Assembly: GCA_964057225.1 (NCBI GenBank)
Contig: OZ059900.1
Location: 7,688,001 to 7,752,000 of the forward strand
DNA from: Auanema rhodensis
Lineage: Eukaryota; Animalia; Nematoda
Length of the DNA stretch: 64,000 nucleotides
Direction of reading: 5' to 3'
The position numbers were made by a program, and so were the translations under genes. Under the pieces are notes generated by a model. The model was not told the DNA's origin and ran no database searches. It worked only from the letters and a program-made list of their open reading frames with translations. Positions 12,876 through 28,400 of the stretch are shown in pieces; the stretch's first letter is position 1, and each line of letters opens with the position of its first letter.

Positions 12876-15800
12876 AATGTTCATATAGGTGTATTTTGCA
12901 CGAATATCAAAACTGATTGAAATATGGGCCTTTTTATGTTCAAAACGCCATATATTCAACGATTTTGGGTACAAAACATGTGAAAACTGTATGTTTTGAT
13001 CAGACCCTTTGAGATATGGATTTGAAATTCAGGATTCATAAACTTTGACTATTTTTACATATATATGTCCAATTTTAACCACTTTGGTCGAAAAGGACCG
13101 AAAATATCAAGAATTATTGGTTTTTTGGGGATTGAAGGGCATTTTGGCAAAATCAGTCAAACTTTTGCTCTTAAGCATATTTTTTTCTTCTAAAACGACT
13201 AAATGTATGAAATACTGTCATAGAATGTTCATATAGGTGTATTTTGCACGAATATCAAAACTGATTGAAATATGGGCCTTTTTATGCTCAAAACGCCATA
13301 TATTCAACGATTTTGGGTACAAAACATGTGAAAACTGTATGTTTTGATCAGACCCTTTGAGATATGGATTTAAAATTCAGGATTCATAAAATTCGACTAT
13401 TTTTACATATATATGTCCAATTTTAACCACTTTGGTCAAAAAGGACCGAAAATATCAAGAATTATTGGTTTTTTGGGGTTTGAAGGGCATTTTGGCAAAA
13501 TCAGTCAAACTTTTGATCTTAAGCATATTTTTTTCTTCTAAAACGACTAAATGTATGAAATACTGTCATAGAATGTTCATATAGGTGTATTTTGCACGAA
13601 TATCAAAACTGATTGAAATATGGGCCTTTTTATGCTCAAAACGCCATATATTCAACGATTTTGGGTACAAAACATGTGAAAACTGTATGTTTTGATCAGA
13701 CCCTTTGAGATATGGATTTGAAATTCAGGATTCATAAACTTCGACTATTTCTACATATATATGTCCAATTTTAACCACTTTGGTCAAAAAGGACCGAAAA
13801 TATCAAGAATTATTGGTTTTTTGGGGTTTGAAGGGCATTTTGGCAAAATCAGTCAAACTTTTGATCTTAAGCATATTTTTTTCTTCTAAAACGACTAAAT
13901 GTATGAAATACTGTCATAGAATGTTCATATAGGTGTATTTTGCACGAATATCAAAACTGATTGAAATATGGGCCTTTTTATGTTCAAAACGCCATATATT
14001 CAACGATTTTGGGTACAAAACATGTGAAAACTGTATGTTTTGATCAGACCCTTTGAGATATGGATTTGAAATTCAGGATTCATAAACTTTGACTATTTTT
14101 ACATATATATGTCCAATTTTAACCACTTTGGTCAAAAAGGACCGAAAATATCAAGAATTATTGGTTTTTTGGGGATTGAAGGGCATTTTGGCAAAATCAG
14201 TCAAACTTTTGATCTTAAGCATATTTTTTTCTTCTAAAACGACTAAATGTATGAAATACTGTCATAGAATGTTCATATAGGTGTATTTTGCACGAATATC
14301 AAAACTGATTGAAATATGGGCCTTTTTATGCTCAAAACGCCATATATTCAACGATTTTGGGTACAAAACATGTGAAAACTGTATGTTTTGATCAGACCCT
14401 TTGAGATATGGATTTGAAATTCAGGATTCATAAACTTTGACTATTTTTACATATATATGTCCAATTTTAACCACTTTGGTCAAAAAGGACCGAAAATATC
14501 AAGAATTATTGGTTTTTTGGGGTTTGAAGGGCATTTTGGCTAAATCAGTCAAACTTTTGATCTTAAGCATATTTTTTTCTTCTAAAACGACTAAATGTAT
14601 GAAATACTGTCAAAGAATGTTCATATAGGTGTATTTTGCACGAATATCAAAACTGATTGAAATATGGGCCTTTTTATGCTCAAAACGCCATATATTCAAC
14701 GATTTTGGGTACAAAACATGTGAAAACTGTATGTTTTGATCAGACCCTTTGAGATATGGATTTAAAATTCAGGATTCATAAAATTCGACTATTTTTACAT
14801 ATATATGTCCAATTTTAACCACTTTGGTCAAAAAGGACCGAAAATATCAAGAATTATTGGTTTTTTGGGGTTTGAAGGGCATTTTGGCAAAATCAGTCAA
14901 ACTTTTGATCTTAAGCATATTTTTTTCTTCTAAAACGACTAAATGTATGAAATACTGTCATAGAATGTTCATATAGGTGTATTTTGCACGAATATCAAAA
15001 CTGATTGAAATATGGGCCTTTTTATGTTCAAAACGCCATATATTCAACGATTTTGGGTACAAAACATGTGAAAACTGTATGTTTTGATCAGACCCTTTGA
15101 GATATGGATTTGAAATTCAGGATTCATAAACTTTGACTATTTTTACATATATATGTCCAATTTTAACCACTTTGGTCGAAAAGGACCGAAAATATCAAGA
15201 ATTATTGGTTTTTTGGGGATTGAAGGGCATTTTGGCAAAATCAGTCAAACTTTTGATCTTAAGCATATTTTTTTCTTCTAAAACGACTAAATGTATGAAA
15301 TACTGTCATAGAATGTTCATATAGGTGTATTTTGCACGAATATCAAAACTGATTGAAATATGGGCCTTTTTATGTTCAAAACGCCATATATTCAACGATT
15401 TTGGGTACAAAACATGTGAAAACTGTATGTTTTGATCAGACCCTTTGAGATATGGATTTGGAATTCAGGATTCATAAACTTTGACTATTTTTACATATAT
15501 ATGTTCAATTTTAACCACTTTGGTCAAAAAGGACCGAAAATATCAAGAATTATTGGTTTTTTGGGGTTTGAAGGGCATTTTGGCTAAATCAGTCAAACTT
15601 TTGATCTTAAGCATATTTTTTTCTTCTAAAACGACTAAATGTATGAAATACTGTCATAGAATGTTAATATAGGTGTATTTTGCACGAATATCAAAACTGA
15701 TTGAAATATGGGCCTTTTTATGTTCAAAACGCCATATATTCAACGATTTTGGGTACAAAACATGTGAAAACTGTATGTTTTGATCAGACCCTTTGAGATA

Positions 15801-18800
15801 TGGATTTAAAATTCAGGATTCATAAAATTCGACTATTTTTACATATATATGTCCAATTTTAACCACTTTGGTCAAAAAGGACCGAAAATATCAAGAATTA
15901 TTGGTTTTTTGGGGTTTGAAGGGCATTTTGGCAAAATCAGTCAAACTTTTGATCTTAAGCATATTTTTTTCTTCTAAAACGACTAAATGTATGAAATACT
16001 GTCATAGAATGTTCATATAGGTGTATTTTGCACGAATATCAAAACTGATTGAAATATGGGCCTTTTTATGCTCAAAACGCCATATATTCAACGATTTTGG
16101 GTACAAAACATGTGAAAACTGTATGTTTTGATCAGACCCTTTGAGATATGGATTTGAAATTCAGGATTCATAAACTTTGACTATTTTTACATATATATGT
16201 CCAATTTTAACCACTTTGGTCAAAAAGGACCGAAAATAGCAAGAATTATTGGTTTTTTGGGGTTTGAAGGGCATTTTGGCTAAATCAGTCAAACTTTTGA
16301 TCTTAAGCATATTTTTTTCTTCTAAAACGACTAAATGTATGAAATACTGTCAAAGAATGTTCATATAGGTGTATTTTGCACGAATATCAAAACTGATTGA
16401 AATATGGGCCTTTTTATGCTCAAAACGCCATATATTCAACGATTTTGGGTACAAAACATGTGAAAACTGTATGTTTTGATCAGACCCTTTGAGATATGGA
16501 TTTAAAATTCAGGATTCATAAAATTCGACTATTTTTACATATATATGTCCAATTTTAACCACTTTGGTCAAAAAGGACCGAAAATATCAAGAATTATTGG
16601 TTTTTTGGGGTTTGAAGGGCATTTTGGCAAAATCAGTCAAACTTTTGATCTTAAGCATATTTTTTTCTTCTAAAACGACTAAATGTATGAAATACTGTCA
16701 AAGAATGTTCATATAGGTGTATTTTGCACGAATATCAAAACTGATTGAAATATGGGCCTTTTTATGCTCAAAACGCCATATATTCAACGATTTTGGGTAC
16801 AAAACATGTGAAAACTGTATGTTTTGATCAGACCCTTTGAGATATGGATTTAAAATTCAGGATTCATAAAATTCGACTATTTTTACATATATATGTCCAA
16901 TTTTAACCACTTTGGTCAAAAAGGACCGAAAATATCAAGAATTATTGGTTTTTTGGGGTTTGAAGGGCATTTTGGCAAAATCAGTCAAACTTTTGATCTT
17001 AAGCATATTTTTTTCTTCTAAAACGACTAAATGTATGAAATACTGTCATAGAATGTTCATATAGGTGTATTTTGCACGAATATCAAAACTGATTGAAATA
17101 TGGGCCTTTTTATGTTCAAAACGCCATATATTCAACGATTTTGGGTACAAAACATGTGAAAACTGTATGTTTTGATCAGACCCTTTGAGATATGGATTTG
17201 AAATTCAGGATTCATAAACTTTGACTATTTTTACATATATATGTCCAATTTTAACCACTTTGGTCGAAAAGGACCGAAAATATCAAGAATTATTGGTTTT
17301 TTGGGGATTGAAGGGCATTTTGGCAAAATCAGTCAAACTTTTGATCTTAAGCATATTTTTTTCTTCTAAAACGACTAAATGTATGAAATACTGTCATAGA
17401 ATGTTCATATAGGTGTATTTTGCACGAATATCAAAACTGATTGAAATATGGGCCTTTTTATGTTCAAAACGCCATATATTCAACGATTTTGGGTACAAAA
17501 CATGTGAAAACTGTATGTTTTGATCAGACCCTTTGAGATATGGATTTGGAATTCAGGATTCATAAACTTTGACTATTTTTACATATATATGTTCATTTTA
17601 ACCACTTTGGTCAAAAAGGACCGAAAATATCAAGAATTATTGGTTTTTTGGGGTTTGAAGGGCATTTTGGCTAAATCAGTCAAACTTTTGATCTTAAGCA
17701 TATTTTTTTCTTCTAAAACGACTAAATGTATGAAATACTGTCATAGAATGTTCATATAGGTGTATTTTGCACGAATATCAAAACTGATTGAAATATGGGC
17801 CTTTTTATGTTCAAAACGCCATATATTCAACGATTTTGGGTACAAAACATGTGAAAACTGTATGTTTTGATCAGACCCTTTGAGATATGGATTTGAAATT
17901 CAGGATTCATAAACTTTGACTATTTTTACATATATATGTCCAATTTTAACCACTTTGGTCAAAAAGGACCGAAAATATCAAGAATTATTGGTTTTTTGGG
18001 GATTGAAGGGCATTTTGGCAAAATCAGTCAAACTTTTGATCTTAAGCATATTTTTTTCTTCTAAAACGACTAAATGTATGAAATACTGTCATAGAATGTT
18101 CATATAGGTGTATTTGGCACAAATATCAAAACTGATTGAAATATGGGCCTTTTTATGCTCAAAACGCCATATATTCAACGATTTTGGGTACAAAACATGT
18201 GAAAACTGTATGTTTTGATCAGACCCTTTGAGATATGGATTTGAAATTCAGGATTCATAAACTTTGACTATTTTTACATATATATGTCCAATTTTAACCA
18301 CTTTGGTCAAAAAGGACCGAAAATATCAAGAATTATTGGTTTTTTGGGGTTTGAAGGGCATTTTGGCTAAATCAGTCAAACTTTTGATCTTAAGCATATT
18401 TTTTTCTTCTAAAACGACTAAATGTATGAAATACTGTCAAAGAATGTTCATATAGGTGTATTTTGCACGAATATCAAAACTGATTGAAATATGGGCCTTT
18501 TTATGCTCAAAACGCCATATATTCAACGATTTTGGGTACAAAACATGTGAAAACTGTATGTTTTGATCAGACCCTTTGAGATATGGATTTAAAATTCAGG
18601 ATTCATAAAATTCGACTATTTTTACATATATATGTCCAATTTTAACCACTTTGGTCAAAAAGGACCGAAAATATCAAGAATTATTGGTTTTTTGGGGTTT
18701 GAAGGGCATTTTGGCAAAATCAGTCAAACTTTTGATCTTAAGCATATTTTTTTCTTCTAAAACGACTAAATGTATGAAATACTGTCAAAGAATGTTCATA

Positions 18801-19834
18801 TAGGTGTATTTTGCACGAATATCAAAACTGATTGAAATATGGGCCTTTTTATGTTCAAAACGCCATATATTCAACGATTTTGGGTACAAAACATGTGAAA
18901 ACTGTATGTTTTGATCAGACCCTTTGAGATATGGATTTGAAATTCAGAATTCATAAACTTCGACTATTTTTACATATATATGTCCAATTTTAACCACTTT
19001 GGTCGAAAAGGACCGAAAATATCAAGAATTATTGGTTTTTTGGGGATTGAAGGGCATTTTGGCAAAATCAGTCAAACTTTTGATCTTAAGCATATTTTTT
19101 TCTTCTAAAACGACTAAATGTATGAAATACTGTCATAGAATGTTCATATAGGTGTATTTTGCACGAATATCAAAACTGATTGAAATATGGGCCTTTTTAT
19201 GTTCAAAACGCCATATATTCAACGATTTTGGGTACAAAACATGTGAAAACTGTATGTTTTGATCAGACCCTTTGAGATATGGATTTGGAATTCAGGATTC
19301 ATAAACTTTGACTATTTTTACATATATATGTTCAATTTTAACCACTTTGGTCAAAAAGGACCGAAAATATCAAGAATTATTGGTTTTTTGGGGTTTGAAG
19401 GGCATTTTGGCTAAATCAGTTAAACTTTTGATCTTAAGCATATTTTTTTCTTCTAAAACGACTAAATGTATGAAATACTGTCATAGAATGTTCATATAGG
19501 TGTATTTTGCACGAATATCAAAACTGATTGAAATATGGGCCTTTTTATGTTCAAAACGCCATATATTCAACGATTTTGGGTACAAAACATGTGAAAACTG
19601 TATGTTTTGATCAGACCCTTTGAGATATGGATTTGAAATTCAGGATTCATAAACTTTGACTATTTTTACATATATATGTCCAATTTTAACCACTTTGGTC
19701 AAAAAGGACCGAAAATATCAAGAATTATTGGTTTTTTGGGGATTGAAGGGCATTTTGGCAAAATCAGTCAAACTTTTGATCTTAAGCATATTTTTTTCTT
19801 CTAAAACGACTAAATGTATGAAATACTGTCATAG

Positions 19835-22618
19835 AATGTTCATATAGGTGTATTTTGCACAAATATCAAAACTGATTGAAATATGGGCCTTTTTATGCTC
19901 AAAACGCCATATATTCAACGATTTTGGGTACAAAACATGTGAAAACGGTATGTTTTGATCAGACCCTTTGAGATATGGATTTGAAATTCAGGATTCATAA
20001 ACTTCGACTATTTCTACATATATATGTCCAATTTTAACCACTTTGGTCAAAAAGGACCGAAAATATCAAGAATTATTGGTTTTTTGGGGTTTGAAGGGCA
20101 TTTTGGCAAAATCAGTCAAACTTTTGATCTTAAGCATATTTTTTTCTTCTAAAACGACTAAATGTATGAAATACTGTCATAGAATGTTCATATAGGTGTA
20201 TTTTGCACGAATATCAAAACTGATTGAAATATGGGCCTTTTTATGTTCAAAACGCCATATATTCAACGATTTTGGGTACAAAACATGTGAAAACTGTATG
20301 TTTTGATCAGACCCTTTGAGATATGGATTTGAAATTCAGGATTCATAAACTTCGACTATTTTTACATATATATGTCCAATTTTAACCACTTTGGTCGAAA
20401 AGGACCGAAAATATCAAGAATTATTGGTTTTTTGGGGATTGAAGGGCATTTTGGCAAAATCAGTCAAACTTTTGATCTTAAGCATATTTTTTTCTTCTAA
20501 AACGACTAAATGTATGAAATACTGTCATAGAATGTTCATATAGGTGTATTTTGCACGAATATCAAAACTGATTGAAATATGGGCCTTTTTATGTTCAAAA
20601 CGCCATATATTCAACGATTTTGGGTACAAAACATGTGAAAACTGTATGTTTTGATCAGACCCTTTGAGATATGGATTTGGAATTCAGGATTCATAAACTT
20701 TGACTATTTTTACATATATATGTTCAATTTTAACCACTTTGGTCAAAAAGGACCGAAAATATCAAGAATTATTGGTTTTTTGGGGTTTGAAGGGCATTTT
20801 GGCTAAATCAGTCAAACTTTTGATCTTAAGCATATTTTTTTCTTCTAAAACGACTAAATGTATGAAATACTGTCATAGAATGTTCATATAGGTGTTTTTT
20901 GCACGAATATCAAAACTGATTGAAATATGGGCCTTTTTATGTTCAAAACGCCATATATTCAACGATTTTGGGTACAAAACATGTGAAAACTGTATGTTTT
21001 GATCAGACCCTTTGAGATATGGATTTGAAATTCAGGATTCATAAACTTTGACTATTTTTACATATATATGTCCAATTTTAACCACTTTGGTCAAAAAGGA
21101 CCGAAAATATCAAGAATTATTGGTTTTTTGGGGTTTGAAGGGCATTTTGGCAAAATAAGTCAAACTTTTGATCTTAAGCATATTTTTTTCTTCTAAAACG
21201 ACTAAATGTATGAAATACTGTCAAAGAATGTTCATATAGGTGTATTTTGCACAAATATCAAAACTGATTGAAATATGGGCCTTTTTATGCTCAAAACGCC
21301 ATATATTCAACGATTTTGGGTACAAAACATGTGAAAACGGTATGTTTTGATCAGACCCTTTGAGATATGGATTTGAAATTCAGGATTCATAAACTTCGAC
21401 TATTTCTACATATATATGTCCAATTTTAACCACTTTGGTCAAAAAGGACCGAAAATATCAAGAATTATTGGTTTTTTGGGGTTTGAAGGGCATTTTGGCA
21501 AAATCAGTCAAACTTTTGATCTTAAGCATATTTTTTTCTTCTAAAACGACTAAATGTATGAAATACTGTCATAGAATGTTCATATAGGTGTATTTTGCAC
21601 GAATATCAAAACTGATTGAAATATGGGCCTTTTTATGTTCAAAACGCCATATATTCAACGATTTTGGGTACAAAACATGTGAAAACTGTATGTTTTGATC
21701 AGACCCTTTGAGATATGGATTTGAAATTCAGGATTCATAAACTTCGACTATTTTTACATATATATGTCCAATTTTAACCACTTTGGTCGAAAAGGACCGA
21801 AAATATCAAGAATTATTGGTTTTTTGGGGATTGAAGGGCATTTTGGCAAAATCAGTCAAACTTTTGATCTTAAGCATATTTTTTTCTTCTAAAACGACTA
21901 AATGTATGAAATACTGTCATAGAATGTTCATATAGGTGTATTTTGCACGAATATCAAAACTGATTGAAATATGGGCCTTTTTATGTTCAAAACGCCATAT
22001 ATTCAACGATTTTGGGTACAAAACATGTGAAAACTGTATGTTTTGATCAGACCCTTTGAGATATGGATTTGGAATTCAGGATTCATAAACTTTGACTATT
22101 TTTACATATATATGTTCAATTTTAACCACTTTGGTCAAAAAGGACCGAAAATATCAAGAATTATTGGTTTTTTGGGGTTTGAAGGGCATTTTGGCTAAAT
22201 CAGTCAAACTTTTGATCTTAAGCATATTTTTTTCTTCTAAAACGACTAAATGTATGAAATACTGTCATAGAATGTTCATATAGGTGTTTTTTGCACGAAT
22301 ATCAAAACTGATTGAAATATGGGCCTTTTTATGTTCAAAACGCCATATATTCAACGATTTTGGGTACAAAACATGTGAAAACTGTATGTTTTGATCAGAC
22401 CCTTTGAGATATGGATTTGAAATTCAGGATTCATAAACTTTGACTATTTTTACATATATATGTCCAATTTTAACCACTTTGGTCAAAAAGGACCGAAAAT
22501 ATCAAGAATTATTGGTTTTTTGGGGTTTGAAGGGCATTTTGGCAAAATAAGTCAAACTTTTGATCTTAAGCATATTTTTTTCTTCTAAAACGACTAAATG
22601 TATGAAATACTGTCAAAG
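19835..22618. repeat. Tandem duplication of a 4-monomer block (1392 bp)
   Basis: Private variants GGTGTTTTTT at 20896/22288 and CAAAATAAGT at 21157/22549, both exactly 1392 apart. Confidence 0.9.
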
Positions 22619-25402
22619 AATGTTCATATAGGTGTATTTTGCACGAATATCAAAACTGATTGAAATATGGGCCTTTTTATGTTCAAAACGCCATATATTC
22701 AACGATTTTGGGTACAAAACATGTGAAAACTGTATGTTTTGATCAGACCCTTTGAGATATGGATTTAAAATTCAGGATTCATAAAATTCGACTATTTTTA
22801 CATATATATGTCCAATTTTAACCACTTTGGTCAAAAAGGACCGAAAATATCAAGAATTATTGGTTTTTTGGGGTTTGAAGGGCATTTTGGCAAAATCAGT
22901 CAAACTTTTGATCTTAAGCATATTTTCTTCTTCTAAAACGACTAAATGTATGAAATACTGTCATAGAATGTTCATATAGGTGTATTTTGCACAAATATCA
23001 AAACTGATTGAAATATGGGCCTTCTTATGCTCAAAACGCCATATATTCAACGATTTTGGGTACAAAACATGTGAAAACGGTATGTTTTGATCAGACCCTT
23101 TGAGATATGGATTTGAAATTCAGGATTCATAAACTTCGACTATTTCTACATATATATGTCCAATTTTAACCACTTTGGTCAAAAAGGACCGAAAATATCA
23201 AGAATTATTGGTTTTTTGGGGTTTGAAGGGCATTTTGGCAAAATCAGTCAAACTTTTGATCTTAAGCATATTTTTTTCTTCTAAAACGACTAAATGTATG
23301 AAATACTGTCAAAGAATGTTCATATAGGTGTATTTTGCACGAATATCAAAACTGATTAAAATATGGGCCTTTTTATGCTCAAAACGCCATATATTCAACG
23401 ATTTTGGGTACAAAACATGTGAAAACTGTATGTTTTGATCAGACCCTTTGAGATATGGATTTAAAATTCAGGATTCATAAAATTCGACTATTTTTACATA
23501 TATATGTCCAATTTTAACCACTTTGGTCAAAAAGGACCGAAAATATCAAGAATTATTGGTTTTTTGGGGTTTGAAGGGCATTTTGGCAAAATCAGTCAAA
23601 CTTTTGATCTTAAGCATATTTTTTTCTTCTAAAACGACTAAATGTATGAAATACTGTCATAGAATGTTCATATAGGTGTATTTTGCACGAATATCAAAAC
23701 TGATTGAAATATGGGCCTTTTTATGTTCAAAACGCCATATATTCAACGATTTTGGGTACAAAACATGTGAAAACTGTATGTTTTGATCAGACCCTTTGAG
23801 ATATGGATTTGGAATTCAGGATTCATAAACTTTGACTATTTTTACATATATATGTTCAATTTTAACCACTTTGGTCAAAAAGGACCGAAAATATCAAGAA
23901 TTATTGGTTTTTTGGGGTTTGAAGGGCATTTTGGCTAAATCAGTCAAACTTTTGATCTTAAGCATATTTTTTTCTTCTAAAACGACTAAATGTATGAAAT
24001 ACTGTCATAGAATGTTCATATAGGTGTATTTTGCACGAATATCAAAACTGATTGAAATATGGGCCTTTTTATGTTCAAAACGCCATATATTCAACGATTT
24101 TGGGTACAAAACATGTGAAAACTGTATGTTTTGATCAGACCCTTTGAGATATGGATTTGAAATTCAGGATTCATAAACTTTGACTATTTTTACATATATA
24201 TGTCCAATTTTAACCACTTTGGTCAAAAAGGACCGAAAATATCAAGAATTATTGGTTTTTTGGGGTTTGAAGGGCATTTTGGCAAAATCAGTCAAACTTT
24301 TGATCTTAAGCATATTTTTTTCTTCTAAAACGACTAAATGTATGAAATACTGTCAAAGAATGTTCATATAGGTGTATTTTGCACGAATATCAAAACTGAT
24401 TGAAATATGGGCCTTTTTATGTTCAAAACGCCATATATTCAACGATTTTGGGTACAAAACATGTGAAAACTGTATGTTTTGATCAGACCCTTTGAGATAT
24501 GGATTTAAAATTCAGGATTCATAAAATTCGACTATTTTTACATATATATGTCCAATTTTAACCACTTTGGTCAAAAAGGACCGAAAATATCAAGAATTAT
24601 TGGTTTTTTGGGGTTTGAAGGGCATTTTGGCAAAATCAGTCAAACTTTTGATCTTAAGCATATTTTCTTCTTCTAAAACGACTAAATGTATGAAATACTG
24701 TCATAGAATGTTCATATAGGTGTATTTTGCACAAATATCAAAACTGATTGAAATATGGGCCTTCTTATGCTCAAAACGCCATATATTCAACGATTTTGGG
24801 TACAAAACATGTGAAAACGGTATGTTTTGATCAGACCCTTTGAGATATGGATTTGAAATTCAGGATTCATAAACTTCGACTATTTCTACATATATATGTC
24901 CAATTTTAACCACTTTGGTCAAAAAGGACCGAAAATATCAAGAATTATTGGTTTTTTGGGGTTTGAAGGGCATTTTGGCAAAATCAGTCAAACTTTTGAT
25001 CTTAAGCATATTTTTTTCTTCTAAAACGACTAAATGTATGAAATACTGTCAAAGAATGTTCATATAGGTGTATTTTGCACGAATATCAAAACTGATTAAA
25101 ATATGGGCCTTTTTATGCTCAAAACGCCATATATTCAACGATTTTGGGTACAAAACATGTGAAAACTGTATGTTTTGATCAGACCCTTTGAGATATGGAT
25201 TTAAAATTCAGGATTCATAAAATTCGACTATTTTTACATATATATGTCCAATTTTAACCACTTTGGTCAAAAAGGACCGAAAATATCAAGAATTATTGGT
25301 TTTTTGGGGTTTGAAGGGCATTTTGGCAAAATCAGTCAAACTTTTGATCTTAAGCATATTTTTTTCTTCTAAAACGACTAAATGTATGAAATACTGTCAT
25401 AG
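21923..25402. repeat. Tandem duplication of a 5-monomer block (1740 bp)
   Basis: Rare variants at 22927/24667, 23024/24764 and 23358/25098, all 1740 apart. Left boundary approximate. Confidence 0.88.
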
Positions 25403-28400
25403 AATGTTCATATAGGTGTATTTTGCACGAATATCAAAACTGATTGAAATATGGGCCTTTTTATGTTCAAAACGCCATATATTCAACGATTTTGGGTACA
25501 AAACATGTGAAAACTGTATGTTTTGATCAGACCCTTTGAGATATGGATTTGAAATTCAGGATTCATAAACTTTGACTATTTTTACATATATATGTCCAAT
25601 TTTAACCACTTTGGTCAAAAAGGACCGAAAATATCAAGAATTATTGGTTTTTTGGGGATTGAAGGGCATTTTGGCAAAATCAGTCAAACTTTTGCTCTTA
25701 AGCATATTTTTTTCCTCTAAAACGACTAAATGTATGAAATACTGTCATAGAATGTTCATATAGGTGTATTTTGCACGAATATCAAAACTGATTTAAATAT
25801 GGGCCTTTTTATGCTCAAAACGCCATATATTCAACGATTTTGGGTACAAAACATGTGAAAACTGTATGTTTTGATCAGACCCTTTGAGATATGGATTTAA
25901 AATTCAGGATTCATAAAATTCGACTATTTTTACATATATATGTCCAATTTTAACCACTTTGGTCAAAAAGGACCGAAAATATCAAGAATTATTTCTTTTT
26001 TGGGGTTTGAAGGGCATTTTGGCAAAATCAGTCAAACTTTTGATCTTAAGCATATTTTTTTCTTCTAAAACGACTAAATGTATGAAATACTGTCATAGAA
26101 TGTTCATATAGGTGTATTTTGCACGAATATCAAAACTGATTGAAATATGGGCCTTTTTATGTTCAAAACGCTATATATTCAACGATTTTGGGTACAAAAC
26201 ATGTGAAAACTGTATGTTTTGATCAGACCCTTTGAGATATGGATTTGAAATTCAGGATTCATAAACTTCGACTATTTTTACATATATATGTCCAATTTTA
26301 ACCACTTTGGTCAAAAAGGACCGAAAATATCAAGAATTATTGGTTTTTTGGGGATTGAAGGGCATTTTGGCAAAATCAGTCAAACTTTTGCTCTTAAGCA
26401 TATTTTTTTCTTCTAAAACGACTAAATGTATGAAATACTGTCATAGAATGTTCATATAGGTGTATTTTGCACGAATATCAAAACTGATTTAAATATGGGC
26501 CTTTTTATGCTCAAAACGCCATATATTCAACGATTTTGGGTACAAAACATGTGAAAACTGTATGTTTTGATCAGACCCTTTGAGATATGGATTTAAAATT
26601 CAGGATTCATAAAATTCGACTATTTTTACATATATATGTCCAATTTTAACCACTTTGGTCAAAAAGGACCGAAAATATCAAGAATTATTTCTTTTTTGGG
26701 GTTTGAAGGGCATTTTGGCAAAATCAGTCAAACTTTTGATCTTAAGCATATTTTTTTCTTCTAAAACGACTAAATGTATGAAATACTGTCATAGAATGTT
26801 CATATAGGTGTATTTTGCACGAATATCAAAACTGATTGAAATATGGGCCTTTTTATGTTCAAAACGCCATATATTCAACGATTTTGGGTACAAAACATGT
26901 GAAAACTGTATGTTTTGATCAGACCCTTTGAGATATGGATTTGAAATTCAGGATTCATAAACTTCGACTATTTTTACATATATATGTCCAATTTTAACCA
27001 CTTTGGTCGAAAAGGACCGAAAATATCAAGAATTATTGGTTTTTTGGGGATTGAAGGGCATTTTGGCAAAATCAGTCAAACTTTTGATCTTAAGCATATT
27101 TTTTTCTTCTAAAACGACTAAATGTATGAAATACTGTCATAGAATGTTCATATAGGTGTATTTTGCACGAATATCAAAACTGATTGAAATATGGGCCTTT
27201 TTATGTTCAAAACGCCATATATTCAACGATTTTGGGTACAAAACATGTGAAAACTGTATGTTTTGATCAGACCCTTTGAGATATGGATTTGGAATTCAGG
27301 ATTCATAAACTTTGACTATTTTTACATATATATGTTCAATTTTAACCACTTTGGTCAAAAAGGACCGAAAATATCAAGAATTATTGGTTTTTTGGGGTTT
27401 GAAGGGCATTTTGGCTAAATCAGTCAAACTTTTGATCTTAAGCATATTTTTTTCTTCTAAAACGACTAAATGTATGAAATACTGTCATAGAATGTTCATA
27501 TAGGTGTATTTTGCACGAATATCAAAACTGATTGAAATATGGGCCTTTTTATGTTCAAAACGCCATATATTCAACGATTTTGGGTACAAAACATGTGAAA
27601 ACTGTATGTTTTGATCAGACCCTTTGAGATATGGATTTGAAATTCAGGATTCATAAACTTTGACTATTTTTACATATATATGTCCAATTTTAACCACTTT
27701 GGTCAAAAAGGACCGAAAATATCAAGAATTATTGGTTTTTTGGGGTTTGAAGGGCATTTTGGCAAAATCAGTCAAACTTTTGATCTTAAGCATATTTTTT
27801 TCTTCTAAAACGACTAAATGTATGAAATACTGTCAAAGAATGTTCATATAGGTGTATTTTGCACGAATATCAAAACTGATTGAAATATGGGCCTTTTTAT
27901 GTTCAAAACGCCATATATTCAACGATTTTGGGTACAAAACATGTGAAAACTGTATGTTTTGATCAGACCCTTTGAGATATGGATTTGAAATTCAGGATTC
28001 ATAAACTTCGACTATTTTTACATATATATGTCCAATTTTAACCACTTTGGTCGAAAAGGACCGAAAATATCAAGAATTATTGGTTTTTTGGGGATTGAAG
28101 GGCATTTTGGCAAAATCAGTCAAACTTTTGATCTTAAGCATATTTTTTTCTTCTAAAACGACTAAATGTATGAAATACTGTCATAGAATGTTCATATAGG
28201 TGTATTTTGCACGAATATCAAAACTGATTGAAATATGGGCCTTTTTATGTTCAAAACGCCATATATTCAACGATTTTGGGTACAAAACATGTGAAAACTG
28301 TATGTTTTGATCAGACCCTTTGAGATATGGATTTGGAATTCAGGATTCATAAACTTTGACTATTTTTACATATATATGTTCAATTTTAACCACTTTGGTC

